DNA from: an uncultured Cytophagales bacterium
Lineage (GTDB): Bacteria > Bacteroidota > Bacteroidia > Cytophagales > Spirosomataceae
Length of the DNA stretch: 64,000 nucleotides
Reading direction: 5' to 3'
Assembly (NCBI GenBank): GCA_963826425.1
Contig: CAWGWS010000002.1
Coordinates: 40,293-104,292, forward strand
In this document: piece by piece, positions 54,034 to 63,553 of the stretch
Position numbering within the stretch: the stretch's first letter is position 1
How the letters are laid out: every line of letters starts with the position of its first letter
The notes under the pieces: generated by a model
Seen by the model: the letters and a program-made list of their open reading frames with translations, nothing else
Databases searched by the model: none
Told to the model about the DNA's origin: nothing
Translations under genes and position numbers: made by a program

Positions 54034-55002
54034 ATGATTCACATTGTATGCGTGGTGATTAGCCTGCTCAGCCTGACCGCTACTGCTGTACTGGCGCAGA
54101 CCGAAGAACCCCTGCACTACGCCATCACCCAGCCCGCCACCGTCAGCCTCACCCTGGACGGCACGCTGACGCTGCCCGCCGATCTGACAAAACCCGTCCC
54201 CGTTGTGCTGCTCATTGCCGGCTCCGGCCCCACTGACCGGGATGGCAACAGCCCGGTGGGCGTAACAACAAATGCGTTTAAAATGCTGGCCGACAGCCTG
54301 AACCGGATGGGCATAGCCGTTGCCCGGTATGATAAGCGGTATTCAGGCACCAACGTTAAAGAGGCCGCCAAAGTCATTCCTGAACGGGATCTGCGCTTTG
54401 ATCACCTGGTTACGGATGCCGCCGGATTCATCAAACAGTTACAGGCTGACAAACGATTTGCTAAAGTCATTGTAGCCGGCCATTCAGAAGGATCGCTGGT
54501 GGGGATGCTGGCTGTTCAGCAAACAAAAGCCGACGGGTTTATCTCCCTGGCCGGACCGGGGCGCAACAGTGCCGATGTGCTCAAAGAGCAGTTGGGAAGT
54601 CTGCCTGATTCGATACGCAACGTGGCAAACCGGGCTCTCGACTCCCTACAGACCGGACAACTGGTAAAGAAGCCCCCCATCATGCTACTCTCACTTTTTC
54701 GGCCAAGTGTTCAGCCCTATCTGATCTCCTGGATGAAATACGACCCGACCGTTGAAATCAAAAAGCTTACGGTTCCGGTGCTCCTCATCAACGGTAAACA
54801 CGATTTCCAGGTGCCCGCCAGCGACGCCGAACGACTCAAAGCCGCCCGACCTGACGCTACATTGGTTTTGTTCGATACTATGAATCACATCCTGAAGGAC
54901 GCCCCGGAGGACCGCGTCAAAAACATGAAAACCTATGCCGACCCCACACTACCCCTGACGCCTGGTTTGGCAACGGCTATTGCCCGGTTTGTGAAGCGGT
55001 AG
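54034..55002 (+). CDS. Secreted alpha/beta hydrolase
   Basis: It has a signal peptide, the nucleophile elbow AGHSEGS, and late Asp/His regions (INGKHDFQV and TMNHIL). Confidence 0.85.
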   Translation: MIHIVCVVISLLSLTATAVLAQTEEPLHYAITQPATVSLTLDGTLTLPADLTKPVPVVLLIAGSGPTDRDGNSPVGVTTNAFKMLADSLNRMGIAVARYDKRYSGTNVKEAAKVIPERDLRFDHLVTDAAGFIKQLQADKRFAKVIVAGHSEGSLVGMLAVQQTKADGFISLAGPGRNSADVLKEQLGSLPDSIRNVANRALDSLQTGQLVKKPPIMLLSLFRPSVQPYLISWMKYDPTVEIKKLTVPVLLINGKHDFQVPASDAERLKAARPDATLVLFDTMNHILKDAPEDRVKNMKTYADPTLPLTPGLATAIARFVKR

Positions 55003-55018
55003 ACATGGATCGGTACAA

Positions 55019-55054
55019 CCAGTGGGGGCTGAGAAAACCTTGCCCACTGGTTTG
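55019..55054. terminator. Hairpin between convergent genes
   Basis: CCAGTGGG (55019-55026) pairs with CCCACTGG (55043-55050), followed by TTTG. The U-tract is weak. Confidence 0.4.
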
Positions 55055-55056
55055 CG

Positions 55057-55698
55057 TCAGTTTGCTGAGTAATGGTGCAGGAAGTTGACCAGCCGCTCAA
55101 AGTGAAACTGCGCGTGGGGGTTTTGGGTCTGTTGGATAAGCTGCTGCCGGTAAACGTGGGTGAGGGCGTCGGCGCGGGGGTTGTGGTTGAGGTAAGCGGC
55201 AATCAACCCCTTATAGTAGCGATGCGATTGATTGTATACGTACCGGCAGGGGTCGTCGGGAAACTGGTTCAGCAGCTGGTCGAGGGCGGGCAGGTCAGTG
55301 GTTTCGCTCAGGAAAGGAAAGCCTGTTTCCAGGAAAAAGTTTTGAACCTGCCCGCACACATCGGCCAGTTCGTATATCGTGCTGATCGTATACCGGGCAT
55401 ACAGCTGACCATTGAACCGCCCGATAGAGACCACAAGGGTGTTGGCATCGGCGTGGTAGCTGCTGAGATTATTTAAAAACTGCTGGGCAATCTGTTCGAT
55501 CTGGTCATGGCGACAGCCAAAGTTTACATCGAGTACGGTCTCTGCCCCGTAGTAAGCGGGCGAGAGTAAAACATTCTGAAACCCCGTTGGCGTTACGAGT
55601 CGGTACTGCTTCTTTTCGGGCAGCAAAGCATAGCCGTGTTCCCTGAAGAATGGCGTTAATTGCTCATAGAGCTGGGTTTCAAAGGGTGTCAACGTCAT
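55057..55698 (-). CDS. Hypothetical cytoplasmic protein
   Basis: ORF with coding-like composition. I preferred the internal ATG at 55698 (MTLTPFETQLYEQL...) over 55815. No family recognised. Confidence 0.6.
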   Translation of the reverse strand: MTLTPFETQLYEQLTPFFREHGYALLPEKKQYRLVTPTGFQNVLLSPAYYGAETVLDVNFGCRHDQIEQIAQQFLNNLSSYHADANTLVVSIGRFNGQLYARYTISTIYELADVCGQVQNFFLETGFPFLSETTDLPALDQLLNQFPDDPCRYVYNQSHRYYKGLIAAYLNHNPRADALTHVYRQQLIQQTQNPHAQFHFERLVNFLHHYSAN

Positions 55699-55866
55699 AC
55701 GGGGGAACTGGTCCTGACAGGTCGACCGGTCTTGTCGACTTAACACCCTACGAACCAATAAGGTTGGAAGCGGCCAGTCGTTCTGCGAGAAAATATCAGC
55801 TGGTAGGCGAACCAACGCATCCGGTTTACCGTTTCTCTAGTACACGTTCGCAAGGGCGGGTCAATT

Positions 55867-56236
55867 GGGGGCGACTGGAATTGACAGCTTGTAGAGGTCG
55901 CGTGTAAGCATGCCGGGAGTTGACGGTATTTCCCGCCCAAACAAATCGTCAAAACAATAACTGGCGAATATAACTACGCCATGGCTGCCTAATCCGGAGG
56001 ATTAAGCAATAGCCATTGTCTCCCCAGCCTTGGTACTGCTGGCTGGATCAGGAGGCATCGACTCGCAGTGCTGGTCTGGATAATGGTGTTGACAACAGAC
56101 GAGACAAAAATACCTACGGTTGCGGGTTGGCCTGTTGCGAGCCTGCCCAATACCCGACAATCAAAATCGCAACTAAGCATGTAGAAGGCACGTCGGGTTC
56201 CCTGACTGGACGAGAGTTCGAATCTCTCCGTCTCCA
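55867..56236 (+). ncRNA. ssrA: tmRNA (SsrA), predicted tag peptide GEYNYAMAA
   Basis: The 5' end GGGGGCG pairs with the 3' CGTCTCC (including the G3-U pair), followed by discriminator A. The T-arm is GAGAG-TTCGAAT-CTCTC. The conserved GTAAGCATGC box lies near the 5' end. The tag ORF GGC GAA TAT AAC TAC GCC ATG GCT GCC TAA spans 55963-55992. CCA is not fully encoded. Confidence 0.92.
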
Positions 56237-56242
56237 CAACTA

Positions 56243-56277
56243 ATCCCTGTCAGATTTCTGACGGGGATTTTTGTTTG
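56243..56277 (+). terminator. Intrinsic terminator of ssrA
   Basis: TCCCTGTCAG (56244-56253), loop ATTT, CTGACGGGGA (56258-56267) with one G-U, followed by TTTTTGTTTG. Confidence 0.78.
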
Positions 56278-56528
56278 TCCGCTGATGAGGTCAGCAGGTT
56301 GGCTGGTTCTGCAGTGATTAGTGGGCTATGGTCGGCTTCGGCATTGGCCAATGAGAGCATATAATTGCTCCGCTCTCAACCTTGACGTGCCTGATCGCCC
56401 GTCCGCCACCAGATTTGTCGCCGGTACATCTGACACTGATTTTAAGCCGAATCTTGTAAGACCTCCTCCTGCAACCCGCTAGGTGCGTGATTGCTGGCTC
56501 GAATCCTTACCAATGGTATCAGGCCTGC

Positions 56529-57461
56529 TTACAGCCACGTTGCCAGAAAGGCCAGTATAGTGGTCCGCATGTCGGCGGTTTCTTCGTGCCCCGACTCGTA
56601 AACCCGCAGTTGCCAGGCCGCGGGATTTTTCTCTTGTTTGTACAGCGCCTGTAATTGCCGGTCAATTGTCTTAAGGCCCTTCAGGGGCGTCAACGGGTCA
56701 AATCGGCCCGCTACACTCAGATGCGGGCGGGGTGAAATAAGCCCATTGATGCTGGCGGTGGTGAAATGCGTCAATAAGTCGGGTACGTAGTAGTACAGAC
56801 TGTGCAGCCCCAGTCCGTCGGCAGCCAGTAACGCCTGAAAATCGGTGAGACAGCATATATCTACGCACACCCGAATCCGGTGATCCAGCGCGGCCAGCCA
56901 CCAGGCCATGGTACTGCCCATCGACATGCCGAGGGTGGCAATCCGCTGGCAATCGACCTCGGGACGGGTGTGCAGGTAGTCGACCGCACGCAGGCCATCG
57001 TACACCATCATCCCCCACAACACGCGCCCGTGCCAGAGCATTTTTTTAAACGTATCCTCCTCACCCAGACCCTGCCGTTCACCAAAGCACCAACTGTCGA
57101 TGCATAGCCCGGCGTAACCAGCCTGGGCCAGTGCCAGCGCGTAGGGTGGAGTCTGCATCTCGGGGCGCCCCTGCACAAACTCCTTTTTTCCCATCGCATA
57201 CTGCCCGAAATGCGCGTGATTATACAGCACCACGGGCAGTAAACCCGTTGGGTGGCGGGGCCGGCTGAAATAAGCCGGTACCAGTTCGTCCCCATTCAAA
57301 TCCAGCAACAACGTGTCAATAACTAACTCATCGGTTTGCTCGGTGGCTACCAGGGTAGCCGCCAACGGGCGGTGTCGATCAGGCAGGCGGCCCAGCAACT
57401 GGTACAAGGCCGCACGCGCCTGCTCTTTATTGGCGAACCCGGAAGATTCAGCAGATTGCAT
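56529..57461 (-). CDS. Alpha/beta hydrolase (dienelactone hydrolase / acetyl-xylan-esterase-like)
   Basis: It has the nucleophile elbow LGMSMGS and a C-terminal GHEET region (His), with an overall alpha/beta-hydrolase pattern. The subfamily is uncertain. Confidence 0.78.
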   Translation of the reverse strand: MQSAESSGFANKEQARAALYQLLGRLPDRHRPLAATLVATEQTDELVIDTLLLDLNGDELVPAYFSRPRHPTGLLPVVLYNHAHFGQYAMGKKEFVQGRPEMQTPPYALALAQAGYAGLCIDSWCFGERQGLGEEDTFKKMLWHGRVLWGMMVYDGLRAVDYLHTRPEVDCQRIATLGMSMGSTMAWWLAALDHRIRVCVDICCLTDFQALLAADGLGLHSLYYYVPDLLTHFTTASINGLISPRPHLSVAGRFDPLTPLKGLKTIDRQLQALYKQEKNPAAWQLRVYESGHEETADMRTTILAFLATWL

Positions 57462-57738
57462 AGAGGTTGGTTAAGGCTGAAAAATAAGGAATAGCGGGTG
57501 GGGATTGGCGACGTGATGCAAAATTGTGGCTTGATACAGAGTCATTCATAGGCTCAACACGTTGATCGTTAGCGTCTTATCGATTACTGACAACCAGTAC
57601 AGAAAACGCCCAATGGTCTTTTCTTTCGGCCTGAATCAGTATATTCTTTCCGGCTCCGTATTACTAATACGCGTAAAAGCATCACGATTCTCCCGAACCA
57701 GACCTACCCCGTCTGGTTCACTCCGGTATTCCCTTCTC

Positions 57739-58746
57739 ATGAACGCCCCAACGCTTAACCGTCGATTTGTCCTGAAGTACGCTGCCCTCGGTAGCGCCCT
57801 GTTGAGTGTTCCCGCACTTGCCCGGGTGCACCCATCCGGCGCGGCCACCGGTAAGCGCGTTGGCCTGATTGGGCTCGACACCTCGCACAGCCCGGCGTTT
57901 GTTAAGGTACTGAACAGCCCCGCAGCCAGCCCCGACTACCGGGGATACCGGGTAGTCGGGGCTTACCCCTACGGCAGCCGCGATATCGAAAGCAGCACGA
58001 AACGCATTCCCGGATATACGGAAGAGGTAAAAAAGCTGGGTGTTGCCATTGTCGATTCTATTGATGAACTGCTAAAGAGGGTGGACGTGGTACTGCTCGA
58101 AACCAACGACGGGCGGTTGCACCGCGAGCAGGCGATTCAGGTCCTGAAAACCGGTAAGCGTCTGTTCATTGACAAGCCAATGGCGGCCTCGCTGACCGAT
58201 GTGCTGGCGATTTTCAACGCAGCAGAAACCTACAAAACGCCCCTCTTCTCGGCGTCTTCGCTGCGGTACATGAACGGGCTGGCAGAAATTGACAAAAGCC
58301 AGGTGCTGGGGGCTGATACGTTTAGTCCGGCGGTGCTCGAAAAAACGCATCCAGACCTGTTTTGGTACGGCATTCACGGCGTCGAAACATTATACACGGT
58401 ACTGGGAACGGGTTGCCGGGAGGTGGTGCGTGTAAACACCCCCGGCACCGACCTCGTGGTGGGCACCTGGGCCGACGGGCGGGTGGGTACGTTCCGGGGT
58501 ACCCGGACGGGTAAGCATGACTACGGCGGTACGGTGTTTTTACCCACCGGCAACGTGACGCTGGGTCCGTATGGGGGCTACGAACCGCTGTTCAGGGAAG
58601 TTGTCAACTTTTTCGAAACGGGGGTGGTGCCCGTCTCACCCGCCGAAACCATTGAACTGTTCGCCTTTATGGAGGCCGCCGACGAAAGTAAACGCCGGGG
58701 CGGGGTTGCCGTTCGGCTGGCGGAGGTACTGGAAAAGGCCCGATAA
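57739..58746 (+). CDS. Gfo/Idh/MocA family oxidoreductase with a Tat-type signal
   Basis: Twin-Arg signal MNAPTLNRRFVLKYAALGSALLSVPALA followed by the Rossmann-like start RVGLIGLDTSHS. I took the internal ATG at 57739 over the ORF-track start at 57562. Confidence 0.83.
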   Translation: MNAPTLNRRFVLKYAALGSALLSVPALARVHPSGAATGKRVGLIGLDTSHSPAFVKVLNSPAASPDYRGYRVVGAYPYGSRDIESSTKRIPGYTEEVKKLGVAIVDSIDELLKRVDVVLLETNDGRLHREQAIQVLKTGKRLFIDKPMAASLTDVLAIFNAAETYKTPLFSASSLRYMNGLAEIDKSQVLGADTFSPAVLEKTHPDLFWYGIHGVETLYTVLGTGCREVVRVNTPGTDLVVGTWADGRVGTFRGTRTGKHDYGGTVFLPTGNVTLGPYGGYEPLFREVVNFFETGVVPVSPAETIELFAFMEAADESKRRGGVAVRLAEVLEKAR

Positions 58747-58778
58747 GCATTCACCCCCTCTTTGAATTTCTCACAAGC

Positions 58779-60146
58779 ATGAAAAAATCGCCACCCACCA
58801 GGCCCGAAAATTCGCGCCGAACGTTCCTGAAACGAACCCTTGCGGGCACAGCCGCCCTGTCGGCGGGCGGCATTTTGCCCGGCTTCAGCCCCCGCAGTTA
58901 CAGGCTGATTGTAGGGGCCAACGATAAAGTACGCGTGGGCATGATGGGGGTCAACAGCCGGGGACTCGCCCTGGCGGGCAATTTTGCCGGGCAACCCAAC
59001 TGCGAAGTAATTTCTGTTTCCGACGTAGACACCCGGGCAACCCAAAAGTGCCTGAGTACGGTGGAAAAAACCCAGAACCGGGCCGCCAGCGATGTGCCCG
59101 ACTTCCGGAGAGCCCTCGAAAACAAGGACCTTGACGCGCTGGTGATTGCCGCGCCCGACCACTGGCACGCGCCGGCGGCCCTGCTGGCTGCTAAAGCAGG
59201 TAAGCACGTTTACCTCGAGAAGCCGTGCAGTCATAACCCCCACGAGGGCGAACTGCTGGTTTCGGCCGCCCGGAAGTACAAAACTATAATCCAGATGGGC
59301 AACCAGCGCCGGTCGTGGCCCAACGTTGCCCAGGCCATTCGGGAAGTACAGACCGGCGCGATTGGACGGCCTTACTTTGCCAAAGGCTGGTACACCAACA
59401 ACCGGCCCTCCATTGGCAAAGGAAAACCGGTGGCCGTGCCCGAATGGCTCAACTACGACCTGTGGCAGGGACCCGCCCCCCGCCGGCCCTACCAGGATAA
59501 CCTGCTGCACTACAACTGGCACTGGTTCTGGCACTGGGGTACCGGCGAGGCCCTGAACAACGGCACCCACATGCTCGACCTGATGCGCTGGGGCCTGGGC
59601 GTCACGTACCCCACCAAGGTTACCTCGTCGGGTGGGCGGTACCGCTACCAGGACGACTGGCAAACGCCCGACACGCAGGTAATCAGCCTGGAGTTTCCGA
59701 ACCGTACAGCGATGACCTGGGAGGGCCGGAGCTGCAACGGACGCACCGTTGAGGGAACCAGCGTGGGCGTCATGTTTTACGGCGAAACGGGTTCGGTGCT
59801 CATCGAGTCGGGCAACGCGTACAAAGTGTTCGATCTGGAGAACAGGCTGGTGAAGGCGGTAAAAAACGACCTTGTGGTGGACCCCCGCAACCGGATAGAC
59901 CCCTCGCAGGCACTCGACGCTATTCACATCCAGAACTTCTTCGACAGCATTAAAAAAGGAACGGCACTGGCCTCCGACATTGTGGGGGGGCACCAGAGTA
60001 CGTTGCTGGCCCAACTGGGCAATATTGCGCTCCGCACCGGTGGTATGCTCATCACCGACCCCACCAACGGGCACATCAAAAACAACCGGGAAGCCGAAAA
60101 ACTATGGCGACGTGACTATGAGAAAGGCTGGGAGCCAACCGTTTAA
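58779..60146 (+). CDS. Gfo/Idh/MocA family oxidoreductase with a Tat signal (GH109-like architecture possible)
   Basis: It has the Tat signal SRRTFLKRTLAGTAALSAGG, the Rossmann-like start VRVGMMGVNSRG, and APDHWH and EKP motifs typical of the family. Confidence 0.86.
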   Translation: MKKSPPTRPENSRRTFLKRTLAGTAALSAGGILPGFSPRSYRLIVGANDKVRVGMMGVNSRGLALAGNFAGQPNCEVISVSDVDTRATQKCLSTVEKTQNRAASDVPDFRRALENKDLDALVIAAPDHWHAPAALLAAKAGKHVYLEKPCSHNPHEGELLVSAARKYKTIIQMGNQRRSWPNVAQAIREVQTGAIGRPYFAKGWYTNNRPSIGKGKPVAVPEWLNYDLWQGPAPRRPYQDNLLHYNWHWFWHWGTGEALNNGTHMLDLMRWGLGVTYPTKVTSSGGRYRYQDDWQTPDTQVISLEFPNRTAMTWEGRSCNGRTVEGTSVGVMFYGETGSVLIESGNAYKVFDLENRLVKAVKNDLVVDPRNRIDPSQALDAIHIQNFFDSIKKGTALASDIVGGHQSTLLAQLGNIALRTGGMLITDPTNGHIKNNREAEKLWRRDYEKGWEPTV

Positions 60147-60176
60147 CTGGCCTGTGTGTAACCTGCTCCGCAACCA

Positions 60177-61499
60177 ATGAAAACAAATACGCTGACCGTT
60201 GATGCCGGTAGCCTCAGCCGGCGCGACACCCTGGTATCTATTGGGCTGATTGGGGTGCTGTTCTTTATTTTTGGCTTCATTTCCTGGGTCAACTCCATCC
60301 TGATTCCGTATTTCAAGATTGCCTGTGAGCTGAGCAGTTTTCAGGCCTACCTGGTTGCGTTCGCCTTCTACATCGCGTATTTTATCATGTCGGTGCCCGC
60401 GTCGTACCTGCTTAAAGCCGTTGGCTTCAAAAAAGGCATGATGATCGGGTTCTGGATTATGGCACTGGGATCGTTTGTTTTTGTCCCGGCGGCCCAAACC
60501 CGCACCTACGGCCTTTTTCTACTCGGACTCTTCACCCTGGGCGTTGGGCTGTCTATTCTGCAAACGGCTGCTAACCCCTACATTACTATTCTGGGGCCGC
60601 AGGAGCGGGCTGCCCAACGCATTAGTATCATGGGTATCTGCAACAAGGCCGCGGGCATCCTGTCGCCCCTGGTTTTTGCCGCCGTAATCCTGCGCCCAAC
60701 CGATACCGACCTGTTTGCGCAGCTCGAAACCATGGGCCTGACCGAACGGGGAGCCGCCCTCGACGAGCTGGTCCGCCGGGTTAGGTTGCCCTATACCGTA
60801 TTGGGTACGTTTTTACTGATATTGGGTTATGTAGTCTACCGGTCGCCCCTGCCCGAGCTTGATACCGAACAGGAAAGCCCTGCCGTAGCTACCGCCAACG
60901 CCCAACGAACCAGTATTTTCCAGTTTCCACACCTGGTGCTGGGGGCGGGGGCCATTTTTCTGCACGTTGGCACGCAGGTAATTGCCATCGATACCATCAT
61001 CAGTTACGCCGGGTCGATGGGCATTGGTTTGCTGGAAGCCAAAGTGTTTCCCGCTTATACCCTTTTCTGTACCATCTGCGGCTATGTTATCGGCATTATC
61101 ACCATTCCCCGGTTTATCAGCCAGGTCAACGCGCTGCGCGTCTGCACCGGACTGGGCACCCTGTTTACGCTGCTTATTTTGTTTGCGCACGGCCCGCTTA
61201 CCCTGTTGGGGCACCGAACCGATATCTCTATTTGGTTTGTGGTGCTGCTGGGGCTGGCCAACTCGCTTATCTGGGCCGGTATCTGGCCCCTTGCCCTCAA
61301 CGGACTGGGTCGTTTCACCAAGCTGGGCGCTTCCATCCTGATCATGGGGCTGTGCGGCAATGCGATTATGCCTCTTTTTTACGGCTACCTTGCCGATCTG
61401 TTCGATCTGCGGACGGCCTACTGGGTGCTTTTCCCCTGCTATCTCTACCTCGTTTTTTACGCGGCTAAAGGCCACAAACTACGGCAATGGGGCTTCTGA
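60177..61499 (+). CDS. Sugar MFS transporter (FucP/GluP/NagP-like)
   Basis: 12 TM segments. The N-terminal FFIFGFISWVNSILIPYFK pattern is typical of the glucose/galactose-fucose permease family. It overlaps nagA by 13 nt. Confidence 0.85.
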   Translation: MKTNTLTVDAGSLSRRDTLVSIGLIGVLFFIFGFISWVNSILIPYFKIACELSSFQAYLVAFAFYIAYFIMSVPASYLLKAVGFKKGMMIGFWIMALGSFVFVPAAQTRTYGLFLLGLFTLGVGLSILQTAANPYITILGPQERAAQRISIMGICNKAAGILSPLVFAAVILRPTDTDLFAQLETMGLTERGAALDELVRRVRLPYTVLGTFLLILGYVVYRSPLPELDTEQESPAVATANAQRTSIFQFPHLVLGAGAIFLHVGTQVIAIDTIISYAGSMGIGLLEAKVFPAYTLFCTICGYVIGIITIPRFISQVNALRVCTGLGTLFTLLILFAHGPLTLLGHRTDISIWFVVLLGLANSLIWAGIWPLALNGLGRFTKLGASILIMGLCGNAIMPLFYGYLADLFDLRTAYWVLFPCYLYLVFYAAKGHKLRQWGF

Positions 61500-62683
61500 A
61501 AATCACGAATGGAACGATTATTACCCCCTACCGGGTCATCCGGGGCGGTACGCTGGTTATTCGGGATGGGCTTATTCTGGGCGTCCACGAAGGCGACGTT
61601 GACGTACCAGAGGCTACAGAGCTGAGCGCGGCCGGGCACTACGTAGCCCCGGGCTTTATCGATATTCACGTGCACGGGGGTGGGGGCGCCGATTTTATGG
61701 ATGGTACCGAAGCAGCCTTTCACACCATTGCCGAGTGCCACGCCCGCTTCGGCACTACCTCGCTGGTCCCCACTACCCTGACGGCCGACAAAGAAACTTT
61801 ATACCAGACGCTGGATGCGTTTGAACAGGCCAGGCAAACCAATACGCGGGGCGCTAACCTGCTTGGCATGCACCTGGAGGGTCCTTACCTGGCCCAAAGC
61901 CAGCGGGGGGCTCAGGATGCCCGCTTTATCCGAAACCCCGACCCGCGGGAATACGAAGAAATTCTGGGGTATTCCAGCGCCATTGTGCGGTGGAGCGCGG
62001 CCCCCGAACTACCCGGCGCGATTCCATTCGGCCGGCGGTTGCGCGAAAAAGGTATTCTGGCCGCCGTGGCGCATACCGATGCTATTTACGAAGAAGTGCT
62101 GCTGGCTTATGAAAACGGCTATTCGCTGGCAACCCACCTGTATTCGGCCATGTCGGGCGTTACCCGCCGAAACGCGTTCCGGTACGCCGGGGTCGTCGAG
62201 AGTGCTTTTTTGCTCGATATGGACGTAGAGATCATTGCCGATGGGGTGCACCTGCCCCCACCCCTGCTGAAACTAGTGGTCAAGATCAAAGGGGCTGACC
62301 GAACGGCTCTGATCACCGATGCCATGCGGGCCGCCGGTATGCCGGAAGGCGAAAGTATTCTCGGCTCACTCAACAATGGACTTCGCGTACTGGTAGAGGA
62401 CGGCGTGGCCAAACTGCCCGACCGGTCGGCCTTTGCCGGCAGCGTGGCCACCACCAGTCGGCTGGTGCGGAATATGGTTCAGCTGGCCGATGTGTCGTTG
62501 CCGGATGCTGTCCGGATGGCCAGTACCACCCCCGCCCGCATTATGGGCGTTGACAGCCGAAAAGGCGTGCTCGCCCCGGGCAAAGATGCCGACGTGGTTA
62601 TTTTTGACGATCAGCTAACCATTCGGGCCACCCTCGTGGGGGGGCGGCTTGTTTACGCTCAATTTCCAACTCCTGCTGTATGA
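61487..62683 (+). CDS. nagA: N-acetylglucosamine-6-phosphate deacetylase
   Basis: GFIDIHVHGGGGADFMDG, GMHLEGPYL, AHTDA and ALITDAM are NagA motifs. Confidence 0.92.
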   Translation: MGLLKITNGTIITPYRVIRGGTLVIRDGLILGVHEGDVDVPEATELSAAGHYVAPGFIDIHVHGGGGADFMDGTEAAFHTIAECHARFGTTSLVPTTLTADKETLYQTLDAFEQARQTNTRGANLLGMHLEGPYLAQSQRGAQDARFIRNPDPREYEEILGYSSAIVRWSAAPELPGAIPFGRRLREKGILAAVAHTDAIYEEVLLAYENGYSLATHLYSAMSGVTRRNAFRYAGVVESAFLLDMDVEIIADGVHLPPPLLKLVVKIKGADRTALITDAMRAAGMPEGESILGSLNNGLRVLVEDGVAKLPDRSAFAGSVATTSRLVRNMVQLADVSLPDAVRMASTTPARIMGVDSRKGVLAPGKDADVVIFDDQLTIRATLVGGRLVYAQFPTPAV

Positions 62684-63483
62684 CCCACTCTGTATCAACT
62701 GATTCTACTTTTCTCATCGACCGGCTTCAGGTTAACCTGGCCCCCAACCGGGCCGCGCTGGGCCAGCGGGCTGCCCGTGCCGCAGCCGCCACCATCCGGC
62801 AACTTGGCCAGACGCAGCCCTTTATCCATCTTATTTTTGCCGCGGCCCCCTCGCAGAATGAATTTCTGGATGCGCTGGTGCAGGAGCCGGCTGTGCCCTG
62901 GCCGCAGGTGAGGGCCTTTCATATGGACGAATACCTGGGTTTGCCCGCCGATGCTCCGCAAAGCTTCGGCCGGTTTCTACGGGAACGGCTTTTCGATCGG
63001 GTACCCATTCATACGGTGTTTTACATGGATGGTAACGCGCCCGATCTGGAAACCGAGCGCCTTCGGTACAGCGCCCTGCTGGAGCAGTACCCGGCCGATC
63101 TGGTCTGTATGGGCATCGGAGAAAACGGCCACATTGCCTTTAACGACCCCCACGTGGCCGACTTCAACGATGTTGATCTGGTTAAGCCCGTTCTGCTCGA
63201 TGAGGTGAGCCGCCGGCAACAAGTTCATGATGGGTGTTTTGCCACGCTGGATGCCGTACCCCGGCAGGCCCTTACGCTAACCATTCCGGCGCTGGTACGG
63301 CCCCCGCACATTGTCTGCATGGTGCCGGGTGCTCACAAAGCCGACGCCGTTTACAACACCCTGACGGCTACCCCCTCCGAAAAACACCCGGCTACTGTTC
63401 TTCGCGCTCATCCGAATGCTACGCTGTTTATTGACCACGACAGCGCAGAAAAATTTCTCGCCGGTCAGCTATCGAGGCCGTAG
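62680..63483 (+). CDS. nagB: Glucosamine-6-phosphate deaminase / 6-phosphogluconolactonase family protein (NagB-like)
   Basis: ATGA overlap with nagA. FHMDEYLGL and MGIGENGHIAFNDP are NagB-family motifs. Confidence 0.86.
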   Translation: MTHSVSTDSTFLIDRLQVNLAPNRAALGQRAARAAAATIRQLGQTQPFIHLIFAAAPSQNEFLDALVQEPAVPWPQVRAFHMDEYLGLPADAPQSFGRFLRERLFDRVPIHTVFYMDGNAPDLETERLRYSALLEQYPADLVCMGIGENGHIAFNDPHVADFNDVDLVKPVLLDEVSRRQQVHDGCFATLDAVPRQALTLTIPALVRPPHIVCMVPGAHKADAVYNTLTATPSEKHPATVLRAHPNATLFIDHDSAEKFLAGQLSRP

Positions 63484-63553
63484 ACCGGGAACCGGTGTAA
63501 AACGCTGGCTGGATGATCTGGAATCGGAACGAAGAAGGAGAGGAGACCCTGGG

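Noticed and set aside
56496-56506. GGCTCGAATCC, a T-loop-like sequence suggesting a tRNA or att remnant
   Set aside because: The flanks do not form an acceptor or T stem and do not match the ssrA 3' end beyond the TCGAATC core.
56237-56528. Genomic island inserted at the ssrA 3' end
   Set aside because: There is no integrase or other mobile gene downstream and no direct repeat of the ssrA 3' end. The next gene is an ordinary hydrolase.
57562-57738. N-terminal extensions offered by the ORF track (also 40759-40881, 13355-13483, 9982-10038, 26770-26883, 32873-32947, 28556-28609, 39725-39838)
   Set aside because: In each case an internal ATG gives a canonical N-terminus (signal peptide, Tat motif or family-typical start). 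The extension either has non-coding-like composition or collides with a neighbouring gene.
58578-60074. 498-aa ORF antisense to the second Gfo/Idh/MocA gene
   Set aside because: Same shadow-ORF signature (Gly/Arg/Pro/Val-rich, no recognisable domain). The sense strand has a clear Tat signal and a Rossmann fold.
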